A DNA stretch of 64,000 nt from Deltaproteobacteria bacterium GWC2_55_46 (GTDB taxonomy: Bacteria; Desulfobacterota; GWC2-55-46): NCBI GenBank assembly GCA_001595385.3, contig LVEI03000001.1, positions 2,235,344 through 2,299,343 of the forward strand, written 5' to 3'. Below the pieces are notes generated by a model, which worked only from the letters and a program-made list of their open reading frames with translations, ran no database searches and was not told the origin of the DNA. Shown here one piece after another: positions 42,669-50,780 of the stretch (position 1 is its first letter; every line of letters begins with the position of its first letter). The translations under genes and the position numbers were made by a program.

Positions 42669-43538
42669 TTATGGCCTGTAGCTCAGGAGAGTTTGTATTT
42701 GCCTGGTGACAGGGCCTGGCCTGCCGTCCCCTACCGCCTTTCCGCCGGTTTTAATGAGCGGGACGGCGTCAGTAATGGAGTTTGTGATAAAGGCCTCGTC
42801 TGCTCCCGCCATGTCGCTGGGGCGTATCCGTGCCTCTTTCAAAGGGATGCCGTTTTTTACGGCTATCTTCATGACCCGGTCCCGTGTCACGCCGGCAAGC
42901 ACCCCTTTGGACGGGTTTTTTTCAAGTGGAGGCGTCAGTATTTTCCCGTTCTTCACCATGAATATGTTCGAAGAGGTGCCCTCAGTTATAAATCCTTCCC
43001 TTACGAAGATGGCCTCGTAAGCCTTTTTTCTATCGGCCCTTATCTTCGCTATAACGCTCGCGAGATAATTTAGCGATTTCACCCCGGGTAGCGCCGGGGC
43101 CATATCGTCTACGAATACCGCTTCCACGCCTTTTGATCGCGCGCGAGCGAGCACGGAGGTATCCAGAGGCTTGGCTATGATGATGAAGGTCGGCGTTATC
43201 CCCTTCGTGGGAAGATGGCTCGCCTTGTCAGCGCCCCTGGTTATCATAAGCTTTACGTAGGCCTCACCCCTTGCGAGGCCGTTCTTCTTAAGGAGCGCTT
43301 CGACAGCCCCGCCCTTCAGTTCTCCCTCAAAAGCCATTACCGCGCGCTTGGTAAACCCGAGAAAGCTCGCCCCCGCGCGGAGCCTTTTGAGATGCTCCTT
43401 TAAAAAAAGCGGGGCTCCTTCATATGCCTTAAGCGTTTCGTAAAGGCCGTCCCCGTAACTCAAGCCCCTGTCGAATACCGACACACAGGCACGCTCCTCA
43501 GGCAATATCCTTCCGTTCAGATGGACATAAAGTCTCAA
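42669..43538 (-). CDS. pabC: Class IV aminotransferase, probably aminodeoxychorismate lyase (TTG start)
   Basis: 289 aa, fold-type IV PLP enzyme pattern. Start overlaps the pabB stop (TTGA). Confidence 0.7.
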   Translation of the reverse strand: MRLYVHLNGRILPEERACVSVFDRGLSYGDGLYETLKAYEGAPLFLKEHLKRLRAGASFLGFTKRAVMAFEGELKGGAVEALLKKNGLARGEAYVKLMITRGADKASHLPTKGITPTFIIIAKPLDTSVLARARSKGVEAVFVDDMAPALPGVKSLNYLASVIAKIRADRKKAYEAIFVREGFITEGTSSNIFMVKNGKILTPPLEKNPSKGVLAGVTRDRVMKIAVKNGIPLKEARIRPSDMAGADEAFITNSITDAVPLIKTGGKAVGDGRPGPVTRQIQTLLSYRP

Positions 43539-44890
43539 GCAGGACCTCCTGTGCCAAGGGATTCCAAAAAGTCCCTGGCCTTGAGTATCGTCTCATCATA
43601 TTCTTCCTCAGGGACCGAATCTGCCACAATACCCCCTCCAACGCTCAGGTGGAGCACGCCTTCCCTGTATATGCCTGTCCTTATGGCCATGCTCACATCA
43701 GCCCCGCCGCCGATATCGAACCAGCCTATCCCGCCGGTGTAGACAGAGCGCGCGGACCTCTCCAGCTCGTCTATTATCTCCATCGCCCTTATCTTCGGCG
43801 CCCCGGTTATTGACCCGCCTGGAAAGAGGTGCTTAAGCGCCAGAGGGGCGGTTATGCCCTCTTTGATCCTGCCGCGCACGGTGGAAACCATGTGATGGAG
43901 GTGAGGGTATGTCTCCACAGCCGCGAAAGAGGAGACCTCGACGGTGCCAGGTACCGAGATGCGTCCGAGGTCGTTCCTTTCAAGGTCTACTATCATGACG
44001 TGCTCGGCGCTCTCCTTTCTGCTGGCCTTGAGCTCTTCGATAAGGGAACCGTCCTCTTGAGGGGTATTCCCTCTTTTCCTCGTCCCTTTTATGGGGCAGG
44101 TCTCAGCCATGCCTTCCCGTATACGAAGGAGGCATTCCGGCGAGTTTGAGATTATCTGGAACGCGCCATAGTCCATGAAGGCCCCGTAAGGCGCCGGGTA
44201 GCGGTCAATAAGCGAGAGGTAGAGCGAGAACGGGTCGCCACTCCAGGAGATGGAGAGCCTTTGCGAGATGTTTATCTGATAGATGTCCCCTGCGGTTATG
44301 TACTCTTTGGCCTTTTTTATTGCAGAGATGTACTCATCTTTTGTTATGTCGGAGCGGACTTCGAGCGCGCGGCTTAAGGCGGCTTCGGCTTTGTATTGAC
44401 CGTGCCTTAGCCTTTCCAGAAAAGAGCTGAAGCGGCGCCTGTCCCCTGTTGACGAGACAAGAAAGCCCTTGCCTTCGCGGTGGTCGTAGACGAAGACCGG
44501 GTCATAGAAGCCTGCCATGCAGTCGGGGATGCCAAGACCTTTTTTCCCGGCGCAGAAAGATATCCCGGGCTCGATAAGCCCCTTGAGGTCATAGGAGAAG
44601 TACGCGACCACCCCGGAGTTAAATGGAAAAGGGCCGTTTGAGGACCTGTTTTCCCCGATTATTCTTGAGATGGCCTCGAAGGGGTCTGGGTCTCCGGATG
44701 GACGTCCATCTATCATGGTGAGGCCGCCTTCTGTCTTTACGACCTTAAGCGGCCCCGCTCCGGCGTATGAATACCTTGACCCGGAAGAATAAGAGCCGTT
44801 AAGCACAAAGGGATGCTCAAGCCCACGGAGTGCCAGGAACGCCTCGGTCGGCCCAATCCCGGCTATCTCTTCTATCAGCATATTCTTCAT
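43535..44890 (-). CDS. pabB: Aminodeoxychorismate synthase component I (chorismate-binding enzyme)
   Basis: Chorismate-binding domain (PGGSITGAPK ... GGGIVADSVPEEEY). The real start is taken as ATG 44890 (MKNMLIEE). The 205 codons upstream in the track ORF are antisense to ispG. Confidence 0.75.
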   Translation of the reverse strand: MKNMLIEEIAGIGPTEAFLALRGLEHPFVLNGSYSSGSRYSYAGAGPLKVVKTEGGLTMIDGRPSGDPDPFEAISRIIGENRSSNGPFPFNSGVVAYFSYDLKGLIEPGISFCAGKKGLGIPDCMAGFYDPVFVYDHREGKGFLVSSTGDRRRFSSFLERLRHGQYKAEAALSRALEVRSDITKDEYISAIKKAKEYITAGDIYQINISQRLSISWSGDPFSLYLSLIDRYPAPYGAFMDYGAFQIISNSPECLLRIREGMAETCPIKGTRKRGNTPQEDGSLIEELKASRKESAEHVMIVDLERNDLGRISVPGTVEVSSFAAVETYPHLHHMVSTVRGRIKEGITAPLALKHLFPGGSITGAPKIRAMEIIDELERSARSVYTGGIGWFDIGGGADVSMAIRTGIYREGVLHLSVGGGIVADSVPEEEYDETILKARDFLESLGTGGPA

Positions 44891-44981
44891 TACGAAAGAG
44901 GATACTATCCTTTCAGGTTGCCGGTCAAGGCCATGATTTATTGGATGAAAACAGGTGGCGTTTTGTAGTATATTTTTTGAT

Positions 44982-46049
44982 ATGGCAAGAAGAGAGACCA
45001 GAGAAGTAAAGATAGGCGGCGTAAAGGTAGGGGGCGGCGCCCCTGTAACCGTACAGTCCATGACCAACACCGATACCGCCGACGTAGCCTCAACGGTAGC
45101 CCAGATAAAGGCGCTCGAGGAGGCGGGCTGCGAGATAGTGCGCGTAGCCGTGCCTGATATGGACGCCGCAAAGGCAGTGGCGGAGATCAAAAGGGCTATC
45201 TCCATACCCCTTATCGCGGATATACACTTTGACTGGAGGCTCGCGCTCGTCTGCCTCGAAGGCGGGGTTGACTGCCTCCGGATCAACCCGGGCAATATTG
45301 GCGAGGTTGCGCGTATAAAAGAGGTCGTGAAGGGCGCGAAAGAGCGCTCCGTGCCCATAAGGATAGGAGTGAACGCGGGCTCTCTGGAAAAGGACATACT
45401 TGCCAGGTACGGCCACCCAACGCCTGAGGCGCTCGTTGAGAGCGCGATGCGCCATGTCTCGATATTGGAGGATATGGACTTCCGCGATATCAAGATCTCG
45501 CTCAAGGCCTCGAGCGTCCCGCTTACCGTAAAGAGCTACAGGCTTCTTGCCGGGAAGGTCGATTATCCTTTTCACATCGGGATAACAGAGGCTGGCACTC
45601 TTTTCACCGGGACGATAAAGTCAGCCGCCGGGCTCGGCATACTCCTGTCGGAAGGAATAGGGGATACCATGCGAGTCTCCCTTACAGGAGACCCTGTCGA
45701 CGAGGTCCGGGCTGGCTGGGAGATATTGAAGGCCCTTGAGATACGGAAAAGGGGTGTGAGCGTAATATCCTGCCCGACGTGCGGCAGGCTCAAGTTTGAC
45801 AGCATCGCCATAGCCAGCGAGGTGGAACGAAGGCTTTCAAGCGTTACAGAATCGCTCAAGGTAGCTATAATGGGCTGCGTGGTAAACGGCCCAGGAGAGG
45901 CTATCGAGGCCGATATCGGGATAGCCGGCGGCGACGGGTCAGGCATGCTCTATGTAAAGGGCAAGGCTGTCGGCAAGATAAAGGAACCGGAGATAGTGGA
46001 CAGGGTGCTTGAAGAGGTAGAGAAGATACTGGAGGAGAGAAGAGGCTAA
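44982..46049 (+). CDS. ispG: 4-hydroxy-3-methylbut-2-en-1-yl diphosphate synthase
   Basis: Typical GcpE sequence (RRETREVKIGGVKVGG ... SCPTCGR ... GCVVNGPGE). Start chosen at ATG 44982. Confidence 0.93.
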   Translation: MARRETREVKIGGVKVGGGAPVTVQSMTNTDTADVASTVAQIKALEEAGCEIVRVAVPDMDAAKAVAEIKRAISIPLIADIHFDWRLALVCLEGGVDCLRINPGNIGEVARIKEVVKGAKERSVPIRIGVNAGSLEKDILARYGHPTPEALVESAMRHVSILEDMDFRDIKISLKASSVPLTVKSYRLLAGKVDYPFHIGITEAGTLFTGTIKSAAGLGILLSEGIGDTMRVSLTGDPVDEVRAGWEILKALEIRKRGVSVISCPTCGRLKFDSIAIASEVERRLSSVTESLKVAIMGCVVNGPGEAIEADIGIAGGDGSGMLYVKGKAVGKIKEPEIVDRVLEEVEKILEERRG

Positions 46050-46247
46050 GATTGCATTTTATGGGGTAAGGCCTTTTTGCGCACTGCCATGCGCTAATGG
46101 GTAAAGGGCTCGGCTCGCTACAGCCTCCTTCCTCCGTCCTTATGCTCGCTACGCACTTTACCCTGTTATTGTTAAAGACAAAACAAAAATAATCGAGACA
46201 TTTTCCTCTCCCCATGGAGGAGAGGAAAAAAGAATCCAGGGCTTTGT

Positions 46248-46664
46248 ATGTTCACCCTCCATCAACGCCTCAAAGATGACACCATAGAGATAGCCCGGTT
46301 GAAGTTGTCGGTCGCGCTCCTCATGAACGACTCTTCCTTCCCCTGGGTCATACTTGTCCCCATGCGTGAAGGGGTGACAGAAATCCAGGACCTTTCAAAA
46401 GAGGACAGGGCAGCCCTCATGGAGGAGATGACTGCCGCTGCCAAAGTCATCCGGAAGGTCTTCAAAACGGACAAGATAAATATCGGCGCTCTCGGCAACA
46501 TAGTCCCTCAGCTCCACATCCATATAATAGGCAGGTCAAAGACCGATTGCGCCTGGCCCGGCCCCGTATGGGGGAATTCCCATCCTGTCCAATACGGTCA
46601 GGAAGATATGGATAAGAACATAGCGATACTCAGAAGCGCCCTCCAGGAAGAACTCTCCTGTTAA
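46248..46664 (+). CDS. HIT (histidine triad) family protein
   Basis: 138 aa with the histidine triad QLHIHIIGR. Confidence 0.8.
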   Translation: MFTLHQRLKDDTIEIARLKLSVALLMNDSSFPWVILVPMREGVTEIQDLSKEDRAALMEEMTAAAKVIRKVFKTDKINIGALGNIVPQLHIHIIGRSKTDCAWPGPVWGNSHPVQYGQEDMDKNIAILRSALQEELSC

Positions 46665-46880
46665 CAGAAAAATCCCCGCATATTCATGCTGCTCAAAAAG
46701 CTCCATATGCGAGAGCGAGGAAGGAGGCGTACTCTTGTTGTACGCCGCTACTGACGAGCTACGAAGACAACGATGCAGATGGACTTTTTCAGCCGCCGCG
46801 GCATCTTGACAAGACCTCCCCCAGGGATAGACTCGAAATAGGAAGGCTAAGTAAGAGATGTGCGCCTTAGGGAGGTTGCT

Positions 46881-47918
46881 ATGAAAGCGCTTGTATATCA
46901 CGGCCCGGGAAAAAAGGCATGGGAGGAGAGGCCGAAGCCTGTTGTAAGGGAAGACATGGACGCCATCGTCCGTGTCTTCAAGACGACTATATGCGGCACC
47001 GACCTGCATATCCTGAAGGGCGACGTGCCTGAAGTGAGCGAGGGCAGGGTCCTCGGCCATGAGGGCATCGGCGTAATCGACGAGGTGGGGAGCGGCGTAA
47101 GGAACTTTAAGAAAGGAGACAGGGTGCTGATCTCTTGCATCACCTCCGACGGCTCATGCGAGTACTGCAAAAAAGGGATGTACTCGCACTGCGAGCACGG
47201 CGGCTGGGTGCTTGGGCGCACGATAGACGGCACGCAGGCCGAGTACGTGCGGATACCTTACGCAGATACCAGCCTCTACAGGCTGCCGGAAGGGATGAAC
47301 GAGGACGCGTTCGTGATGCTCTCTGACGTCCTCCCGACCGCGTTTGAGTGCGGGGTGTTGAACGGACAGATAAAGCCCGGGGATACGGTGGCGATAATCG
47401 GCGCCGGCCCGATAGGCCTCGCGGTGCTTCTTACGGCCAAGTTTTACTCGCCTGAAAGGATAATCGTGGCGGACGTTGACGAGGCACGGCTGTCGGTTGC
47501 CAGAGAGCTTGGCGCTACGGTCGTCTATGGCAGGGAAGGTCGGGTGGTTGAAGACATAATGGGGCTTACAGGGGGCAGGGGGGTGGATGTGGCCATAGAG
47601 GCCGTTGGCATGAAAGAGACCTTCGGGATATGCGAATCGATCGTCGCCCCAGGAGGGCACATAGCCAGTATCGGCGTCTTTGGCGAAAGCGTCGACCTGC
47701 ACATGGAGAGGCTCTGGGCGCATAATATAACGCTTACTACAAGGCTCGTTGATACGGTAACGACGCCGATGCTCTTGAAGAGCGTGGCCTCCGGCGCGCT
47801 GCATCCGGAGAGGCTTGTAACGCATCACTTCGGCCTCGCCGAGATAATGAAGGCATATGATACCTTCTCGCACGCCAGAGAGGAGAGGGCCATCAAGGTC
47901 GTGCTTGAGAACAGGTAA
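46881..47918 (+). CDS. Zinc-dependent alcohol dehydrogenase (MDR family)
   Basis: GHEGIGVIDEVG zinc motif, structural-zinc Cys cluster (CITSDGSCEYCKKGMYSHC), GAGPIGL Rossmann motif. ATG 46881 follows GGAGG. Confidence 0.9.
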   Translation: MKALVYHGPGKKAWEERPKPVVREDMDAIVRVFKTTICGTDLHILKGDVPEVSEGRVLGHEGIGVIDEVGSGVRNFKKGDRVLISCITSDGSCEYCKKGMYSHCEHGGWVLGRTIDGTQAEYVRIPYADTSLYRLPEGMNEDAFVMLSDVLPTAFECGVLNGQIKPGDTVAIIGAGPIGLAVLLTAKFYSPERIIVADVDEARLSVARELGATVVYGREGRVVEDIMGLTGGRGVDVAIEAVGMKETFGICESIVAPGGHIASIGVFGESVDLHMERLWAHNITLTTRLVDTVTTPMLLKSVASGALHPERLVTHHFGLAEIMKAYDTFSHAREERAIKVVLENR

Positions 47919-47942
47919 GTATTCGATACGTGAAAGGGTAAA

Positions 47943-47968
47943 GGGGAAACTTCTCAGGAGGTTTCCCC
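47943..47968 (+). terminator. Hairpin after the dehydrogenase gene (no clear U-tract)
   Basis: GGGGAAAC / GTTTCCCC 8-bp stem with a 10-nt loop. Confidence 0.35.
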
Positions 47969-48053
47969 CTCATCGCCTGTAAAACATCAAAATCGGTTCC
48001 AAACAGGCCCCGCCTGATGTAAAATAACCGGATTAAAAAAGGGAGTTCTTTTC

Positions 48054-49910
48054 ATGCTCAAGGTAAACGGGCTTGCCAAGGCGTTTGGCGGCCAGGTCCT
48101 CTTTGAGGACGTAAGCTTTAGTCTTTCGCCAGGAGAGAAGGTCGGGCTTGTAGGCAGGAACGGCCACGGCAAGACAACACTGTTCAAGATAATCTTAGGC
48201 GAGCTTGAAGCCGATTCAGGGAAGGTCTCGGCGCCAAGGCATTTCAAGATCGGCCATCTGTCGCAACGGCTCCAGTTCTCTCATGACACCGTGCTCAAGG
48301 AAGCCTGCTCAGGGCTCCGCAAGAACGAGGACTGGATAGACGAGACTTACAGGGCCGAGGCGGTCCTCATGGGTCTCGGTATAGATGAAGAGCTCTTTGA
48401 CGCCAGCCCGTTATCACTCTCAGGCGGGTATCAGGTAAGGCTCAACCTCGCCAAGGCCCTCGTGGCCGACCCTGACGTCCTTCTCCTTGACGAGCCGACC
48501 AACTACCTCGACATACTTTCCATACGCTGGCTGGTGCGCTTTTTGAAGGACTGGAACGGGGCCCTCATGCTCATAACCCACGACCGCGACTTTATGGACA
48601 GCGTCACTACCCACACGATGGGCATCCACAGGGGCAGGGTGAGGAAGGTGGCCGGGCCCACGGAGAAGCTCTATTCACAGATACTCATGGAAGAGGAGGT
48701 CTACGAGCTTTCAAGGCAAAATGACGAACGGAAGAGAAAAGATGTCGAGAAGTTCATCGCGCGCTTCAGGGCCTCCGCCACCAAGGCGAGCGCCGTGCAG
48801 TCCAGGGTAAAGGCGCTTGAGAGGAAGGAGAGGCTACAGAAGCTTGAGGAGATCAAAGACCTCGATTTCAAATTCAACGAGGCTCCCTTCCAGGGCAAGT
48901 ACCTGCTCGAGGCCATGGACCTCTCCTTTGGCTACGGAGGAGACGGCCCTCTTCTTATTGATGACCTGAGCTTTACGGTAGCCAAGGGCGACCGCATAGG
49001 CATAATAGGGAAGAACGGGAAGGGAAAGACAACCCTTCTTAATATGCTCGCGTGTGAGCTTAAGCCCTTGAACGGTACTGTTGCCGCGCACCAGAATGCC
49101 CGCATGGCATACTTCGGCCAGACGAACATAGACAGGCTCAACCGCTCAAATACCATAGAGAAGGAGCTTATGGAGGCGCACCCTGACTACAGCCGCGGCG
49201 TTGCCAGGAAGATCTGCGGGGCCATGATGTTCGAAGGTGACGCGGCGCTCAAAAAGATAGACGTCCTCTCTGGAGGCGAGCGCGCGAGAGTTCTTCTCGG
49301 CAAGCTTCTCGTAAGCCCGGCGAACCTGCTTTTGCTTGATGAGCCGACAAACCACCTTGATATGGAATCGATAGATTCGCTCATCGAGGCTGTAGATATC
49401 TTCGGCGGCGCCGCTATCATCGTGACCCACAGCGAGCTGATGCTCAACGCGCTGGCCACGAGGCTCATCGTATTTGACGGAGGGCGCGTAAGCCTCTTCG
49501 ATGGGACATATAGGGAGTTCCTCGATAAGGCCGGGTGGGAGAGCGAATCCGCGGTGGGGGTAAAGGCCGGGGGGCGCAAGGAGAAGGGGGTAAATAAAAA
49601 AGAGGTCAGGAAGCTCAGGGCAGAGGTCATATCAGCCAAAGGCAGGTCGCTTGGGCCGATGGAGAAGAGGATGGCTGAGATAGAAGGGCTGATAGTAACC
49701 CTTGAAAAGGCCGCAGAAGAGGCCAGTCGGGCGCTGCTTGCCGCTTCAGAGCGCGCGGATGCCGAAGACATAACCGCCCAGTCAAAGGCCTATCATGAAC
49801 TGCGCGACAGGATCGACCGCCTCTTCGATGAGCTTGAGTCCATTACGGTCGAACACGAGTATAAGAGCAGGGAATTTGAGGAAAAGATGAGGGAGCTGGA
49901 GCAGGTTTAG
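48054..49910 (+). CDS. ABC-F family ATPase (two ABC domains, no TM domain)
   Basis: 618 aa. Two Walker A motifs (GRNGHGKTT, GKNGKGKTT), two LSGG signatures, charged linker and a C-terminal coiled-coil tail. Confidence 0.93.
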   Translation: MLKVNGLAKAFGGQVLFEDVSFSLSPGEKVGLVGRNGHGKTTLFKIILGELEADSGKVSAPRHFKIGHLSQRLQFSHDTVLKEACSGLRKNEDWIDETYRAEAVLMGLGIDEELFDASPLSLSGGYQVRLNLAKALVADPDVLLLDEPTNYLDILSIRWLVRFLKDWNGALMLITHDRDFMDSVTTHTMGIHRGRVRKVAGPTEKLYSQILMEEEVYELSRQNDERKRKDVEKFIARFRASATKASAVQSRVKALERKERLQKLEEIKDLDFKFNEAPFQGKYLLEAMDLSFGYGGDGPLLIDDLSFTVAKGDRIGIIGKNGKGKTTLLNMLACELKPLNGTVAAHQNARMAYFGQTNIDRLNRSNTIEKELMEAHPDYSRGVARKICGAMMFEGDAALKKIDVLSGGERARVLLGKLLVSPANLLLLDEPTNHLDMESIDSLIEAVDIFGGAAIIVTHSELMLNALATRLIVFDGGRVSLFDGTYREFLDKAGWESESAVGVKAGGRKEKGVNKKEVRKLRAEVISAKGRSLGPMEKRMAEIEGLIVTLEKAAEEASRALLAASERADAEDITAQSKAYHELRDRIDRLFDELESITVEHEYKSREFEEKMRELEQV

Positions 49911-49920
49911 GCTCCAGCTC
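49893..49920 (+). terminator. Perfect 10-bp hairpin spanning the ABC-F stop codon (no U-tract)
   Basis: GAGCTGGAGC-8 nt-GCTCCAGCTC. Confidence 0.35.
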
Positions 49921-49943
49921 GTCCGTAGAAAGAAACTAAACTG

Positions 49944-49963
49944 CTGTTACGTTATCGTAACAG
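49944..49963. promoter_or_regulatory. Palindromic candidate operator 1 (GTTAC-N6-GTAAC core)
   Basis: CTGTTACG-TTAT-CGTAACAG, perfect 8-bp arms. Confidence 0.4.
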
Positions 49964-50026
49964 TATCCGAATGTGCTGATTTTGTTACAGATACCGCAGA
50001 AGTAGATAGATGGCCTTCCTCCTGCC

Positions 50027-50042
50027 GTTACCAATTCGTAAC
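50027..50042. promoter_or_regulatory. Palindromic candidate operator 2 (GTTAC-N6-GTAAC)
   Basis: GTTAC-CAATTC-GTAAC, the same arm sequence and spacing as site 1. Confidence 0.35.
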
Positions 50043-50105
50043 AAGTGCCTTCCAGACAAGTCCTTTCAAAATTCCCAGGCTATTTTTTTTTGACCTTTAA
50101 AAACG

Positions 50106-50119
50106 GTAACTTAGGTTAC
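50106..50119. promoter_or_regulatory. Palindromic candidate operator 3 (GTAAC-N4-GTTAC, everted arrangement)
   Basis: GTAAC-TTAG-GTTAC, about 170 nt upstream of the usp start. Confidence 0.3.
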
Positions 50120-50284
50120 ATTTCTTTGATCTGCTGATTTTTGGTACGCGGATTGCTATATTTATAGAATACCGGACAATTTTAGCGGCACCATGCCCTT
50201 TTGCTGTTGAGGAAAAAGGCAGGCCGTTGTGAAGAGGATGCGCCGCTCTGATCGAATCCCAGGCGTAAAAAACGGAGGTGCTTA

Positions 50285-50692
50285 ATGAAAATTATGGTCT
50301 GCCATGATGGTTCACAACGTTCTCAGGAAGCCCTTGAGAGAACGGTAGCACTCTTCAAGATTCAGAAGCCTGAGATAGTCCTCGTCACGGTGATCGAGGA
50401 GCCGCTCGACGCTACAAGCATGGACGAGGAAAGCTTCGAGAAATGGCGGAGCAGGAGGGACCAGGACCTTAAGAAGGCCGCCACTTGGGTGGTAGAGCAT
50501 GGATTGAACGTTGACGCCATCCTGGCGGTAGGCGACCCCAGGAAGATGATACTCGAGGCTTCCGACAACAAAAACCCGGATATCCTGGTCGTAGCCAGAA
50601 GGGGCGCTGGCCTTCTTGAGAAGATGGCCCTTGGCAGCGTGAGCGCTTACCTTATAAGGCACGCCGAATGCCCTGTCCTTGTAATGCATTGA
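50285..50692 (+). CDS. Universal stress protein (UspA family)
   Basis: 135 aa. MKIMVCHDGS ... ILVVARRGAGLLEKMALGSVSAYLIRHAECPVLV. Confidence 0.9.
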   Translation: MKIMVCHDGSQRSQEALERTVALFKIQKPEIVLVTVIEEPLDATSMDEESFEKWRSRRDQDLKKAATWVVEHGLNVDAILAVGDPRKMILEASDNKNPDILVVARRGAGLLEKMALGSVSAYLIRHAECPVLVMH

Positions 50693-50780
50693 TGCATCGA
50701 TCAAAACGAAAGCGTTTTTGAAACTGCTCTTCGAATTATTAAAACGTACTAATTCGTACTAATTACGCCCGGAGGTCATA

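Noticed and set aside
44891-45505. N-terminal 205 codons of the 656-aa minus-strand track ORF (43535-45505), which would make a giant PabB
   Set aside because: This part is Ser/Ala/Thr-rich low-complexity sequence lying exactly antisense to ispG, which is a well-supported gene. Recognisable chorismate-binding-enzyme sequence begins only at MKNMLIEE (ATG 44890).
46536-47060. 174-aa minus-strand ORF spanning the HIT-adh intergenic region and the adh 5' end
   Set aside because: It overlaps the well-supported dehydrogenase start antisense. It has no SD and no recognisable motifs, and its composition looks like an antisense frame.
50126-50139. TTGATCTGCTGATT as an FNR box upstream of the nar locus
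   Set aside because: Only the first half-site matches TTGAT-N4-ATCAA. The second half (TGATT) is a direct rather than inverted repeat, so it is not a credible FNR/DNR site.
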